DNA of 64,000 bases from Nostoc sp. DedSLP01 (GCA_034530875.2 JAVRCJ020000005.1:32001-96000); one strand, 5' to 3'. Shown: positions 38,433 through 50,392, counted from the first letter of the stretch. The notes: generated by a model from the letters alone, not told the origin. A program made the numbers and translations.

Positions 38433-38668
38433 AGGTCTTTCTCCCAATCTTCACATTTACCGAGAGCATACTACCACGGTCTTTCGGCTGATTTGCCGCT
38501 TTACCTCCAGGTTTTGACTGAAATGCAATATTCCTTAACTTTTTGAAACAAAAAGCCCGATTGAGAATCAGAAATTTGGTTTCAGGCAGAAATACTGGTA
38601 TAATTTTTTATATCACACTGATAAGTTGCTCTTCATTATTAATAAATTATTTTTGACAAAGGTATTTT

Positions 38669-40111
38669 ATGCCTCAGAATCTTGAAAACGATTTTCTACA
38701 ACAAGTTCGTAAGCTGAAGCAGAAAAAAAGAAAACGCATGGTTTGCAGGGCTGGGGTAGTTTTGCTAATTTTCGGTATAGTCAATACCTTGATATATCTG
38801 TTTTATCAAGGCAATTTCATCTGGAAAATAGGCAGTTCGAGTATTAATAACGCAACAGTTGCGTTGATTATTCTAGCGCTAATTGTAATTTGTGCTTTAA
38901 TTATTTTTATAATCAACCGAAGTTATATAGCTCGTTATCAATTTTCTCTATTTATTCGGTATTTCAATCGTTTCAAACACGTTAAGCCTAAATATATATT
39001 AGGTTATAGCTTAGTAATATTAGCATTAATTTATCAAACTAATCAGTCTTTTTTCATTAACCAAATTAATGGTTTAGTTACTCATATAGTATATAAACCT
39101 GTACCTCCTACATTAAACTCGCCTTGGCCGTGGAAAGATAATGCAATGATTCATCCAATCGTTGCAAATATGCCATCTAATATAGAAACAAGTATTGAAT
39201 CTGTTGCTAAATATATTGCTCAAAATGAATCAGATCCATACTTAAGAGTTAAAGCTATACATGACTATGTTGTTAGTCGAGTTAGTTATGATTTAGAGGT
39301 TTTGAAAACAGGAAAAAGACCTCCTCAAGATGCTAAAACTGTTTTTTTAACTTATAAGGCGGTTTGTGAGGGCTATGCTAATTTATTCATGGCATTGGGA
39401 CGGGCTATAGGTACAGATGTTGTTTATATTAGAGGAAAAATTCGTCGAGATTTGGCTCCTATAGAGTTAATACCTCAGTTTTTTAGGCTGTTAAATTCTG
39501 GTTATGATTGGACAAATCACGCTTGGAATGCAGTCAAAATTTTAGATAATTGGCAATTAGTTGATACGACTTGGGATGATAGCGAATCTAGCGAATTTGG
39601 CGCTTCATACAGTGCAGACTATCTGACGCTTCCTCCTGAAATAATGAGTATCAGCCATTTTCCCAACCAATTAGATTGGCAACTTTTAGCTAACCGTGAA
39701 GATTACAATACATTTGAAAACAAACCACTCCTGACACCTCAGTTTTTTATTGAAGGTTTAAAGCTGATTTCACCAACTGTATATCAAACAAATGTTCAGA
39801 AAGTTGGTGAAATTAAAATTGTTACTTACCAAAGTTACGACAAAAAGATTGTAGCCTTATTTACTAAATCAAAGAAATCTGAGTCTTCATTTTGGAATTT
39901 TCCAGAATCTGGGAATTTGCTAAAAGATAATGAAGATAGTCAAGGAAAACTACGAAATATAAAAAAATGTCAGACTCAAGCAAACTCAACAGGAGATACT
40001 GAAATCTATTGCCAGTTTCCAGAAGCAGGAGATTATGAAGTTTTTGTTTTAAGTCTTGGAAAAAAAGTGAATCTTTTAGGTCAACTAAAATTTCATGCTC
40101 TACTGCACTAA
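38669..40111 (+). CDS. Membrane-anchored transglutaminase-like (Cys-His-Asp) protein
   Basis: N-terminal TM segments; AVCEGYANLF, NHAWNAV, LVDTTWD. Confidence 0.85.
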   Translation: MPQNLENDFLQQVRKLKQKKRKRMVCRAGVVLLIFGIVNTLIYLFYQGNFIWKIGSSSINNATVALIILALIVICALIIFIINRSYIARYQFSLFIRYFNRFKHVKPKYILGYSLVILALIYQTNQSFFINQINGLVTHIVYKPVPPTLNSPWPWKDNAMIHPIVANMPSNIETSIESVAKYIAQNESDPYLRVKAIHDYVVSRVSYDLEVLKTGKRPPQDAKTVFLTYKAVCEGYANLFMALGRAIGTDVVYIRGKIRRDLAPIELIPQFFRLLNSGYDWTNHAWNAVKILDNWQLVDTTWDDSESSEFGASYSADYLTLPPEIMSISHFPNQLDWQLLANREDYNTFENKPLLTPQFFIEGLKLISPTVYQTNVQKVGEIKIVTYQSYDKKIVALFTKSKKSESSFWNFPESGNLLKDNEDSQGKLRNIKKCQTQANSTGDTEIYCQFPEAGDYEVFVLSLGKKVNLLGQLKFHALLH

Positions 40112-40222
40112 AAGTCAGAATTGCCTAAATCTTATTTATCCAAAAATAATAATCTGTGGTATATATAGGACACAGTAATCCTAGCGAGAAACTGTAGATT
40201 TAGTTGCAGAGGTATAGCAGCA

Positions 40223-41239
40223 GTGGGTATTGTAGTTGAGAACGTCTCTAAACAGTTCGGGAGTTTCAAGGCAGTAGATGGCGTCAGTTTGGAAATTAAG
40301 AGTGGTTCGCTAGTTGCATTGCTAGGGCCATCGGGATCGGGTAAATCTACTCTGTTGCGGTTAATTGCAGGTTTAGAAATGCCTGATAGTGGGAAAATTC
40401 TGCTGACTGGCAAGGATGCGACATATCAAAGCGTCCAAGAACGAAATATTGGGTTTGTGTTTCAGCACTATGCTTTATTCAAGCATTTGACTGTGAGGCA
40501 GAATATTGCTTTTGGCTTAGAAATTCGCAAGGCACAGCCAAAGAAAATTAAAGGGCGTGTAGATCAGCTGCTAGAATTGGTGCAATTGACTGGACTAGGC
40601 GATCGCTATCCTTCACAACTTTCTGGCGGTCAAAGACAACGAGTAGCATTAGCAAGGTCACTGGCAGTAGAACCAGAAGTTTTATTACTGGATGAACCTT
40701 TCGGCGCACTGGATGCTAAAGTCCGCAAAGACTTACGCGCTTGGTTACGGGGATTGCATGATGAAGTTCATGTTACCACAGTTTTTGTTACCCACGACCA
40801 AGAAGAAGCAATGGAAGTCTCAGACGAAGTTGTGGTAATGAATAAAGGACGCGTGGAACAGGTAGGAACGCCAGCAGAAATTTACGATCATCCTGCTACC
40901 GCATTTGTAATGAGTTTCATCGGCCCTGTGAACGTATTGCCTAGCAGCTCGAAGATTTTTCAAAGTAGTGGATTTGATGCACCCCATCCACAAGTATTTT
41001 TGCGCCCCCAAGATATTATTTTAGAAACTAGTCCTAACGGTACCACTACACCTGCTACAGTCAGCCGCTTGATACATTTAGGTTGGGAAATTCAGGTAGA
41101 ATTGACTTTCGATGACGGGCAAGTAGTGACGGCGCATTTAACACGCGATCGCTATAATCAATTAGAGTTAGAACCAAAACAGCGGGTCTATGTAAAGCCA
41201 AAGGATGCGAAGTCTTTCCCGCTGTCGTATTCAATTTAG
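40223..41239 (+). CDS. cysA: Sulfate ABC transporter ATP-binding protein
   Basis: [41 protein letters not shown]-terminus. Confidence 0.92.
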   Translation: MGIVVENVSKQFGSFKAVDGVSLEIKSGSLVALLGPSGSGKSTLLRLIAGLEMPDSGKILLTGKDATYQSVQERNIGFVFQHYALFKHLTVRQNIAFGLEIRKAQPKKIKGRVDQLLELVQLTGLGDRYPSQLSGGQRQRVALARSLAVEPEVLLLDEPFGALDAKVRKDLRAWLRGLHDEVHVTTVFVTHDQEEAMEVSDEVVVMNKGRVEQVGTPAEIYDHPATAFVMSFIGPVNVLPSSSKIFQSSGFDAPHPQVFLRPQDIILETSPNGTTTPATVSRLIHLGWEIQVELTFDDGQVVTAHLTRDRYNQLELEPKQRVYVKPKDAKSFPLSYSI

Positions 41240-41349
41240 AATGTTGCTAGTTTGTTTACGCTCAAAACCCCAGATTAATAGGTGAGCTCCACAGTTATTA
41301 TTTTGGGGTTTAGTTAATAAAAATTCGTAATTCGTAGTTGAGAATCCAC

Positions 41350-41931
41350 TTATCTAGTTATAGGTGGTAAGATTTCCCAAACTGCAATACTTAAATCAGG
41401 AAATTCTAAAGGTGAAATAGTCGTATCTTCTGCTAAAATCACTTCGCTTTGATAGCCATTCTCAGTCGGTTCTCGAAAGATATGTAATTGACGGCTAACC
41501 ACATCTAGCACCCAATAATCTGTAATTCCAGCTTGAGAATATGCTTTAGCTTTAGTTTCACAATCTAGTCTCAAGCTACTATCTGCTACTTCAATAATTA
41601 GATAAACTTCTGTTGGGGTGGGATGATGGTCTGCATAGTCCAGCGGATCTACTTTTACAACAGCGATATCCGGTTCTGGTTCAGACCGTTCATTTAACTT
41701 TACTGGGTCTTGAATAGATACCCAAGCCCGATTTCCTAATTTGTTTTTGAGTAAGTAATCTGTTCTACCCACAGCTGACCTATGGGCTGTACCTTTGGCA
41801 ATCATCCAAATTATTTTTCCTTCAAGCAGTTCCACGCGTTCATCTGCACCGAAAATCCCAGCCTCAGCCATCCGGTGATATTCTTCAACCGTCCACAAGC
41901 GAAGTTTTAATGCGGGTTCTGTGTTCTGCAT
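41350..41931 (-). CDS. Uma2 family (DUF820) putative endonuclease
   Basis: WTVEEYHRMAEAG, SEPEPDIAV, IIEVADSS, DYWVLD. Confidence 0.9.
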   Translation of the reverse strand: MQNTEPALKLRLWTVEEYHRMAEAGIFGADERVELLEGKIIWMIAKGTAHRSAVGRTDYLLKNKLGNRAWVSIQDPVKLNERSEPEPDIAVVKVDPLDYADHHPTPTEVYLIIEVADSSLRLDCETKAKAYSQAGITDYWVLDVVSRQLHIFREPTENGYQSEVILAEDTTISPLEFPDLSIAVWEILPPITR

Positions 41932-42109
41932 AGCTTGTTTCGCAACTGTGACGAAAATCAATATCCTAGCATTGTTAGCTTAGCAAAATAATGATAATGT
42001 GCGGTTTAAATAGCAATTCCAATAAAGAAGAATTCATCAATACAAAGATAAAGTATTAAATTCTTCTGAAGTCTGAATTCTGAATTCTGGATTCTGAATT
42101 CTTACCAAA

Positions 42110-42844
42110 TCAATCTTCTAAAATCTGAATTTCATCAAGTTGATTAATCGCTACATCTGCACCTTTGACATTATCCGGCTTACCCACCCAAGTGATTCCA
42201 ATACAGCCTGCGGCTTTAGCATCACGCGCCATTTGCATATCACCAACAGAATCACCTACCATCAAAGTAGCGCTTGGTTCGACTCCCAAGGCTTGACAAG
42301 CTTGTAAAAATAGTGCTGGGTCTGGTTTACTCGGGCCTTCATCTACTCCCATTTGCAGCTGAATATAATCGCTTAATTGGTGATGCGCTACAAACTTTTG
42401 TACTTCATCAGTTGTTGCAGCTGAGAGTATACCGAGTTTTATACCAGCTTCGTGTAGATATTTCAATATTTCTAAACTGCCTACAAACAGTGGTGAAGGA
42501 GTTTGTCGAATGTATTTTTCGGCTTCATCCAAAGCTTGACGAGCTATTTTTAAGCACTCAAACCATCCTCTTCCAGTTTCGGCAATATATGCGGCGGCTG
42601 CAACTTCTGTTTCGCGCCGACTCGCTACCGATATCAAACCGGCAGGATCTAAATTATTAGCATTGACGCCAAATGCCATTAATAGAGGTTCCCCAACACC
42701 GGGAACTTGAGCGTCTATCAATCTCGCTGCCTTTTGTGCGAGCGATCGCAAAAAGGTTTCTGAGTCTTCTAGGGTACCATTTTTGTCAAACAAAATTGCT
42801 TGAACATTATAAAAAGTGATGTTTCTACATTTAATAGTTGCCAA
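42110..42844 (-). CDS. HAD family hydrolase
   Basis: FDKNGTL, SKPDP, MVGDSVGD. Confidence 0.88.
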   Translation of the reverse strand: MATIKCRNITFYNVQAILFDKNGTLEDSETFLRSLAQKAARLIDAQVPGVGEPLLMAFGVNANNLDPAGLISVASRRETEVAAAAYIAETGRGWFECLKIARQALDEAEKYIRQTPSPLFVGSLEILKYLHEAGIKLGILSAATTDEVQKFVAHHQLSDYIQLQMGVDEGPSKPDPALFLQACQALGVEPSATLMVGDSVGDMQMARDAKAAGCIGITWVGKPDNVKGADVAINQLDEIQILED

Positions 42845-42913
42845 AATATTTCACCCCATTTATTGAGCTATTTTTCATTTGTCCTTTGACTAATGACTAA
42901 TAACAAAATACAT

Positions 42914-42938
42914 AAAAAAAGAGGGTTTTTCCCTCTTT
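42914..42938 (-). terminator. rpsA terminator
   Basis: AAAGAGGG..CCCTCTTT hairpin with T-run on the minus strand. Confidence 0.65.
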
Positions 42939-42987
42939 CAAAAATGCTTTGATACTCTTAATTAAAGATAGTAAAGCTATAAATGTA

Positions 42988-44040
42988 TTACTCTTCAATA
43001 GCTGCTGGAATTTCTTCTTCTATTGCTGCGGGAATCTCGTCGTCAATAGCTGGTGGAATATCATCTTCAAGTTCCGTTGCTGGGGGAATATCTTCTCCTG
43101 CAACTTCCACAACTCCAGCAGGCGCAGCAGTAATACCTTGCTGTTTAGCTAGCAGTTGTTCCCGATACTTAGCAGCCATTTCTTCTGCTTTATCGTAAAC
43201 CAAATCCCGGTTTTTAATCATATCACCAGGTTCGGGTTCTAATTGCTTGGTAGATAGAGAAATCCGACCTCTTTCTGCATCCAAATCAATGATCATAACT
43301 TTCACTTCATCATTGACATTGAACACGCTATGAGGTGTATCAATATGTTCGTGAGAAATCTCAGAAATGTGTAATAGACCGCTGACGCCGCCGATGTCAA
43401 TGAACGCACCGTAAGGTTTGATACCACGAACTGTACCAATTACTACTTCACCAACTTCTAAGCGGTTCATCTTGCGCTCAACTAAGGCGCGACGGTGAGA
43501 TAGAACTAAGCGGTTGCGTTCTTCGTCTACCTCTAGGAATTTCAGTGGTAGTTCTTCGCCTACCAATTCTTCTTTAGGCTTGCGAGTGCTAATGTGGGAG
43601 CCGGGTATAAAACCGCGCAATCCCTCAATGCGTACCAAAGCACCGCCACGATTAGTTGCAAATACGCCAGAACGAACTGTAGCGTCTTCTGCTTGCAGCT
43701 GACGCACGCGTTCCCAAGCGCGCATATATTCAATACGGCGAATGGAAAGAGTTAACTGACCATCTTCATTTTCATCGGTGAGGATGAAAAATTCCCGTGT
43801 TTCGTTTGACTGTAAGACTTCTTCCGGGGCATCGACCCGGTTGATAGACATTTCTTGTATGGGTATATATGCTGCTGTTTTAGCACCAATGTCAATCAGA
43901 GCGCCGCGCGGCTCTATACTGAAAACGGTTCCTGGTACAATATCTCCAGGGCTAAAATGGTAGTCGTATTTATCTAGTAGAGCAGCGAAATCTTCGTGAG
44001 TGAATCCAATTTCTGTAGCGGTTAAATTCTGATTGACCAT
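42988..44040 (-). CDS. rpsA: 30S ribosomal protein S1
   Basis: FAALLDKYDYHFSPGD, three S1 domains, acidic tail. Confidence 0.95.
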   Translation of the reverse strand: MVNQNLTATEIGFTHEDFAALLDKYDYHFSPGDIVPGTVFSIEPRGALIDIGAKTAAYIPIQEMSINRVDAPEEVLQSNETREFFILTDENEDGQLTLSIRRIEYMRAWERVRQLQAEDATVRSGVFATNRGGALVRIEGLRGFIPGSHISTRKPKEELVGEELPLKFLEVDEERNRLVLSHRRALVERKMNRLEVGEVVIGTVRGIKPYGAFIDIGGVSGLLHISEISHEHIDTPHSVFNVNDEVKVMIIDLDAERGRISLSTKQLEPEPGDMIKNRDLVYDKAEEMAAKYREQLLAKQQGITAAPAGVVEVAGEDIPPATELEDDIPPAIDDEIPAAIEEEIPAAIEE

Positions 44041-44333
44041 GCTGATTTAGTTCCTGGTTCTAGTCTCCGTAAAGGTTGTGCGACAAGCGCGATGTCCATG
44101 CAATTGCCTCTAGGCAATCGGCACTTAACATCCTTTTCCATCCTAGCGCAGAAAAGCTAGTATTAACACATATCAACTCCCAAGATTGGAAATTATATCA
44201 CAATTTTAAAGTGATTGGGGACTTGGGAGATGCAAAGATGCAGCGAATAACTAATGCCCAACGCTCCATACCCGATGCCCAATGACTAATGACTGATGAC
44301 TAATGACTAAATAACAAATCACAAACACAATAA

Positions 44334-44367
44334 TATCCGTTGCTACTATACCCAGTAGCAACGGATA
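44334..44367. terminator. Hairpin downstream of psbT
   Basis: TATCCGTTGCTACT-ataccc-AGTAGCAACGGATA perfect 14-bp stem. Confidence 0.65.
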
Positions 44368-44406
44368 CTAAGATTGAGTGCACTTTAAAGTTGTGGTAAT
44401 AGCGAC

Positions 44407-44511
44407 TTACTTCTCTTTTTTCTCAAAGCGGGGGGGTTCGCGAAATGCGATCGCAAAGAAGAGAACGCCTATACACAGGGTAAAAATGAGGATGTATGCA
44501 ACGCTTTCCAT
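44407..44511 (-). CDS. psbT: Photosystem II reaction center protein T
   Basis: Hand translation MESVAYILIFTLCIGVLFFAIAFREPPRFEKKEK; follows psbB; below the ORF-track cutoff. Confidence 0.96.
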   Translation of the reverse strand: MESVAYILIFTLCIGVLFFAIAFREPPRFEKKEK

Positions 44512-44660
44512 TTATAAATTCCTGCCTATCCAGCTAGTAATGAGGGATTAGCGATGGGTATTGGGGACTGGGTATTAGGGATTGAGTATTGGCTAGTGAG
44601 AAAGTATTTCTAAATACTTCTTTCCTAGTCCCCAGTCCCCAGTCACCATTCCCCAATCCT

Positions 44661-46190
44661 TTAGAGGGCTTCCTTCCGGCGGGTTGATTTGTCACCCACT
44701 TTCTGGAATAGACCCCATTCTACTTGTTCTTCTAGATCCGCTTCAACACCGGCAAATACGTCTCTGTAGATTGTACGAGCGCCATGCCACAGGTGACCGA
44801 AGAAGAATAACAGAGCAAACACAGCGTGTCCGAAGGTAAACCAACCTCTAGGACTGGTGCGGAATACACCGTCAGAATTCAAGGTTTCGCGGTCAAATTC
44901 AAAGATTTCGCCGCCTTGAGCCTTACGAGCATATTTCTTCACATCCGCTGGATCTGTAAAGGTTTTGCCGTTGAGGTCACCACCGTAGAAACTAACGGTG
45001 ACACCAGATTGCTCGAAGCTATACTTAGATTCTGCACGACGGAAGGGGATGTCAGCGCGGACAACTCCATCTGCGTCGGTCAAGATTACTGGGAAGGTTT
45101 CAAAGAAGTTGGGGAGGCGACGCACGGTCAACTCGCGTCCTTCAGAGTCTTTGAATACAGCGTGACCTTGCCAAGATTGAGCAATGCCATCACCCTTAAC
45201 CATCGGCCCTGTACGGAATAGACCGCCTTTAGCGGGGCTATTGCCGACGTAATCGTAGAAAGCTAATTTTTCTGGAATTGCAGACCAAGCTTGTTCCAGG
45301 GTTACACCTTGGCTAAGGTTGGTTTGGACGCGACGCTGAATTTCTTGACGGAAGTAGCCTTGATCCCATTGGTAACGGGTAGGGCCAAACAGTTCAATGG
45401 GGGTGGTAGCGTTACCGTACCACATAGTACCTGCTACAACGAAAGCAGCAAAGAAGACTGCTGCGATACTGCTAGAAAGTACTGTTTCAATGTTCCCCAT
45501 CCGCAGAGCTTTGTAGAGCCTTTCGGGGGGTCGGACTGTGAGGTGGAATAAGCCTGCAATAATACCAACAACACCAGCAGCAATGTGGTGAGCCACGATG
45601 CCGCCAGGGTTATATGGGTTAAAACCATCTGGGCCCCATTCTGGTGCTACTGGCTGGATGCTGCCAGTTATACCATAGGCGTCAGAAACCCACATCCCCG
45701 GGCCAAATAGTCCGGTGAGGTGGAAAGCACCGAAGCCAAAGCAAAGTAGACCAGATAAGAACAGGTGAATGCCAAACATTTTTGGCAAGTCTAAAGCGGG
45801 TTCACCTGTGCGGGGATCTCTAAAGAGTTCTAAATCCCAGTAAACCCAGTGCCAAACAGCTGCTAGGAATAATAGACCGGAAAGAACGATGTGAGCCGCA
45901 GCAACGCCTTCAAATGACCAGAAGCCAGGATCGCCTGCTGAAGCACCAGTAACACTCCAACCACCCCAAGATTGGGTAACGCCCAAACGTGCCATGAAGG
46001 GTAGGACGAACATTCCTTGACGCCACATCGGGTTGAGAACCGGATCGCTTGGGTCAAAAGTAGCTAGTTCGTATAGTGCCATTGAACCAGCCCAGCCAGC
46101 TACTAAGGCTGTGTGCATCAGGTGTACAGAAATCAGCCGCCCTGGATCGTTCAGAACGACTGTGTGTACTCGGTACCAGGGTAGTCCCAT
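44661..46190 (-). CDS. psbB: Photosystem II CP47 chlorophyll-binding protein
   Basis: [27 protein letters not shown]; 509 aa. Confidence 0.99.
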   Translation of the reverse strand: MGLPWYRVHTVVLNDPGRLISVHLMHTALVAGWAGSMALYELATFDPSDPVLNPMWRQGMFVLPFMARLGVTQSWGGWSVTGASAGDPGFWSFEGVAAAHIVLSGLLFLAAVWHWVYWDLELFRDPRTGEPALDLPKMFGIHLFLSGLLCFGFGAFHLTGLFGPGMWVSDAYGITGSIQPVAPEWGPDGFNPYNPGGIVAHHIAAGVVGIIAGLFHLTVRPPERLYKALRMGNIETVLSSSIAAVFFAAFVVAGTMWYGNATTPIELFGPTRYQWDQGYFRQEIQRRVQTNLSQGVTLEQAWSAIPEKLAFYDYVGNSPAKGGLFRTGPMVKGDGIAQSWQGHAVFKDSEGRELTVRRLPNFFETFPVILTDADGVVRADIPFRRAESKYSFEQSGVTVSFYGGDLNGKTFTDPADVKKYARKAQGGEIFEFDRETLNSDGVFRTSPRGWFTFGHAVFALLFFFGHLWHGARTIYRDVFAGVEADLEEQVEWGLFQKVGDKSTRRKEAL

Positions 46191-46629
46191 CGACTACGCT
46201 CCTCCTCGATGAGTTAGTTTACAAAGCAATTTTCTTACTGAGATTCTGAGAAACGAAAGCCGCCACTCAGAAAACTCTTTTGTTTTTTGTTATTGCCAGA
46301 GCCAGAGCTTGACCACAACTTAGTCTTATAAAATCAGACAGCGTGGGTGTTTGGCAATGCTGACTTGCTCCCTTGCGATTTACCCCGTAGGGTAGCCATC
46401 GCCAAGCAAAAATGAGAATGTTTTAAAAAGTGTAACTATTGATGGAACTGTTTGCAAGCGTGTAAATTAATGCGATCGCGTAGCATGTCAAAGTTTTTTC
46501 GCTACCAATCCTGTCAGGGATTAAATTTGCTTATCTTTTCTTTACTCAATGGGGAGTGGGGAATGGGGAGTGGGGAATGGTGAGTGGGGGTAGGGGAAGC
46601 TTTTTTATAAATTTCCCTACTCCCTACTC

Positions 46630-46956
46630 TTACTGAACCACCAACTGGATATTTTGCAGGTGACACTTGGTCTGGGCACTACCGAGGCGTTCGATTACTT
46701 GTTCGGCACTCATCAAACGCTTTAGTACTACTTGACCGATGTTCTGACTGGTTGATACTGGGGTTGTTGGTTTCACTTCTACAGTCAAAATGGCTTCTTC
46801 AACTCGATACAGCCACAGCAATTCGTTTTCTTCGACTAAACAAATATTCATTCGCTGAATATCTGGTTGGCGTCGCCATGCGGTTATTTGCCAGAGTCCG
46901 TCAGATGACCAGACTCTAGAAACCGTCCATCCCTCAGATAGAAAGAAATATTTCAC
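46630..46956 (-). CDS. Conserved hypothetical protein
   Basis: 108 aa, GTG start, protein-like composition. Confidence 0.65.
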   Translation of the reverse strand: MKYFFLSEGWTVSRVWSSDGLWQITAWRRQPDIQRMNICLVEENELLWLYRVEEAILTVEVKPTTPVSTSQNIGQVVLKRLMSAEQVIERLGSAQTKCHLQNIQLVVQ

Positions 46957-47444
46957 GGTCTTAGTCTCACTATTAGACTTTAATTCTGCTGTTCACGAAA
47001 TCGCGATCGCTTGTTTGGCTGATGTATGAACGCTAGATTTGTTAAGAAAACCATGCAGCTGTTCTCTATGAGAATTTACTCCACGGAATCTCTACCGAAG
47101 CAGCAACAGGCTAAGTGTTAATGTACGCTACTTGGGCTACTGTCAGAACTTAACAAACCTATTCCCTAGTAACTATGAATTTACGACAAATTTAGTTAAT
47201 GTTTAAAATCTTAATTAAATAAAAATTTTTTCTCATTTCAGCAACTGCGCTTTCTCATTAGTCATTTTTGTCAACAAAGTATAAATCAATAATGACAGTT
47301 TTCTCCGAAAATATTGCAATAGGTAATTATTTTTACGTATATACTTAGCTCTCAGAATCATCAAAATTATTTGTAAAAATTAAGGCATAAAACTCACAAA
47401 TGTAGTAAGATGTCTGACCGCTGATATCTACAAGTTTTATTGCT

Positions 47445-49097
47445 ATGACCTGGTTTTCGTTGACCGCAAGACGCTGGAATCGAATTATACAATTCCTGTC
47501 TTTGTTTTGCATCTGTTTATTTTTAGTTGTTAGTTGTACTCCTCGTCCACAGCCAACTACGCCACCATCAGGTTCTGTAAATACTCCTACAGGTGATGGT
47601 CGCATTACTATAGGTACAACAGCTAAACCAAGAACTCTTGACCCAGCTGATGCTTATGAGTTAGCAGCCTTAGGTTTAGTATTTAATATGAGCGATCGCC
47701 TTTATACTTACGAACCAGGTAGTACAGAAATTAAACCCCAACTGGCCACAGCATTACCGAAAGTCAGTCAAGATGGTTTAACTTACACCATCCCTTTACG
47801 CCAAGGAGTAGTTTTTCACGATGGAACTCCGTTTAACGCCCAAGCAATGGCGTTTACCATCCAGCGGTTTATTGAAAACAAAGGAAAACCCTCTTTCTTA
47901 TTAGGGGATATAGTAGATTCCGTGAAAGCCACAGGCGACTATGAATTAAGCATTAAGCTGAAAAAACCCTTTGCAGCATTTCCTTCACTACTAGCGTTTC
48001 CTGGCGTGTGTGCAGTTTCACCCAAAGCTTATGAAGTTGGTGCGGGTAAATTCAAGCCAAATATTTTTGTGGGGACTGGGCCTTATAAATTAGCGCAGTA
48101 TGGTACTGATTCATTGCGATTTGATGTGTTTGATAAATATTGGGGCGAAAAGCCAGCCAATAAAGGTGTTAACGTCCAAATTCAAACTAGTCCGGTTAAT
48201 TTATTTAATGCTTTCCGTACAGGTGCAATTGATATAGCTTATTTATCGTTGCAACCAGACCAAACTCGTAGCTTGGAAGAAGGTGGTAAAAAAGGGGATT
48301 GGCAAGCGATCGCTGCACAGGGTAATGTAGTCAGTTATATGGTGTTAAACCGGAATCAAAAGCCCTTAGATAAAGCAGAAGTAAGAGCTGCGATCGCTTC
48401 AATCGTTGACCGTCCGCTAATCAACGAACGAGTCTTACTTGGTCAAGCAGATCCGCTTTATAGTATGATTCCCGCTACATTTAATGTATCTGTGCCATTA
48501 TTTAAAGATAAATATGGCGATGCTAATTTCGATAGAGCCAAACAATTATTAACTACTGCCGGTTTTTCCAAAGAAAATCCTGCCAAAGTTCAAATTTGGT
48601 ATCCTTCTAGTTCGCCTACTCGCAGTTTGGCAGCACAGACACTTAAATCGTTAGTCGATGCCAAAATGGATGGAATTCTGCAATTTGAAGTCGCAGTTGC
48701 CGAAGGCCCTGCTTTCTTTAAAGATATTTCTAGAGGATTATATCCAGCAGCATTACTTGATTGGTATCCAGACTTTTTAGACCCAGATAATTACGTCCAG
48801 CCATTTTTGTATTGTGACAAAGGTTCAGTTGCCAAAGGATGCGAAGATGGAGGCAGTCAAAGTCAGGGTTCGTTTTACTATAACGAAGCCATGAATAAAT
48901 TGATTGATCGGCAACGTCAAGAACAAAATCCCGAAGCCCGTCAGAAAATTTTTGCCGACATTCAAAACCAAGTAATTACAGATGTACCTTACGTTCCGCT
49001 ATGGCAAAACAAAGACTATGTATTTGCCCGTAATGGTATTAGTAATGTAAAACTAAATCCGAATCAAGTTTTGGTTTACGAAGAAATTAAAAAATAA
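47445..49097 (+). CDS. Peptide ABC transporter substrate-binding lipoprotein (family 5)
   Basis: Lipobox LVVSC, TLDPA, FHDGTPFNA, GTGPY, WYPDFLDPD. Confidence 0.92.
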   Translation: MTWFSLTARRWNRIIQFLSLFCICLFLVVSCTPRPQPTTPPSGSVNTPTGDGRITIGTTAKPRTLDPADAYELAALGLVFNMSDRLYTYEPGSTEIKPQLATALPKVSQDGLTYTIPLRQGVVFHDGTPFNAQAMAFTIQRFIENKGKPSFLLGDIVDSVKATGDYELSIKLKKPFAAFPSLLAFPGVCAVSPKAYEVGAGKFKPNIFVGTGPYKLAQYGTDSLRFDVFDKYWGEKPANKGVNVQIQTSPVNLFNAFRTGAIDIAYLSLQPDQTRSLEEGGKKGDWQAIAAQGNVVSYMVLNRNQKPLDKAEVRAAIASIVDRPLINERVLLGQADPLYSMIPATFNVSVPLFKDKYGDANFDRAKQLLTTAGFSKENPAKVQIWYPSSSPTRSLAAQTLKSLVDAKMDGILQFEVAVAEGPAFFKDISRGLYPAALLDWYPDFLDPDNYVQPFLYCDKGSVAKGCEDGGSQSQGSFYYNEAMNKLIDRQRQEQNPEARQKIFADIQNQVITDVPYVPLWQNKDYVFARNGISNVKLNPNQVLVYEEIKK

Positions 49098-49310
49098 TTC
49101 GTAATTCGTAATTCGTAATTCGTAATTCAATCTGTTGAGGTCTAAATGCTCAACAGTGAAAACCCCAAAAATTTGAGAATTTGGTGTGGTGAAAAGCCCA
49201 AAAATTACGAATTACGAATTATAAATTACGAATTCCGTTAGCTATGTGATAACGTCTTGTATAAAAGCCCATTCCAAATTACGAATTACGAATTACGAAT
49301 TACGAATTAT
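49095..49310. repeat. Oppositely oriented STRR arrays (AATTCGT)n and (AATTACG)n
   Basis: Arrays at about 49095-49128, 49203-49233 and 49277-49310. Confidence 0.85.
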
Positions 49311-49312
49311 TT

Positions 49313-50338
49313 ATGTCTCGTTCTAAAGCTTTACAATATTACATTGTTTCCCGGTTGCTGTTAGCACCACTTCAGTTATTAACTATCATCACTATTGTAT
49401 TTCTCTTACTCAGAGCAACACCAGGAGATCCCGCAGATGCAATTCTTGGTGGACGCGCGCCAGAAGCAGCTAAAGAGGAATTACGAAAACAACTTGGTTT
49501 AGATTTGCCTTTGTGGTTACAGTATCTCAACTATTTGGGAAATCTGTTGCGCTTTGATTTAGGAACTTCTTTGTTGAGTCGGGGAGAGAATGTTTGGAAC
49601 ATTATTGCCCAATATTTCCCGGCAACGGTAGAGTTAGCAGTATGCAGTATGGCGGTTGCACTCATCGTCGGAATTTTAGTTGGTACTCTTTCCGCTTCTC
49701 GTCCTGGGACATATTTTGATGTCAGCGGGCGGCTGTTTGGTATTATCACCTACGCACTCCCGATGTTTTGGGCGGGAATGCTTTTGCAGTTAATTTTTTC
49801 AGTACAACTGGGTTGGTTTCCTAATTCCAACCGCTTTCCGCCCAACCTTCCCGCCCCCGCAACTGTCACAGGATTGTATACAATTGATAGCTTACTAGCT
49901 GGAAACTTCACTCAGTTTTTCACATCTTTGCATCATCTTGCCCTACCGAGTCTGACTTTGGGAATTTTGCTCAGTGGGATTTTTGAGCGAATTGTGCGAG
50001 TGAATTTAAAGCAAACTCTACAAGCAGATTATGTAGAAGCAGCTAGAGCTAGAGGAATTAAGGAAAATAAGATTTTAGTTTCTCATGCCTTAAAAAATGC
50101 GTTAATTCCAGTCATTACAGTGTTGGGATTAACATTTGCATCTCTGTTGGGTGGAGCGATTTTGACAGAGGTTACATTTTCTTGGCCTGGGTTAGCTAAT
50201 CGACTATATCAAGCAATTAGCGATCGCGATTATCCCACAGTCCAAGGAGTATTGGTATTTTTTGGAGCGATCGTTGTCAGCGCCAGCATTTTAATTGACA
50301 TATTAAATGCTTATGTAGACCCACGAATTCGATATTAA
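49313..50338 (+). CDS. Peptide ABC transporter permease (DppB/OppB type)
   Basis: PGDPA, DYVEAARARG, HALKNALIPV, EVTFSWPGL. Confidence 0.92.
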   Translation: MSRSKALQYYIVSRLLLAPLQLLTIITIVFLLLRATPGDPADAILGGRAPEAAKEELRKQLGLDLPLWLQYLNYLGNLLRFDLGTSLLSRGENVWNIIAQYFPATVELAVCSMAVALIVGILVGTLSASRPGTYFDVSGRLFGIITYALPMFWAGMLLQLIFSVQLGWFPNSNRFPPNLPAPATVTGLYTIDSLLAGNFTQFFTSLHHLALPSLTLGILLSGIFERIVRVNLKQTLQADYVEAARARGIKENKILVSHALKNALIPVITVLGLTFASLLGGAILTEVTFSWPGLANRLYQAISDRDYPTVQGVLVFFGAIVVSASILIDILNAYVDPRIRY

Positions 50339-50392
50339 GTAGAATATTCAGAATTCAGAATTCAGAATTCTGACTCCTGAATTTTGTTAAAT

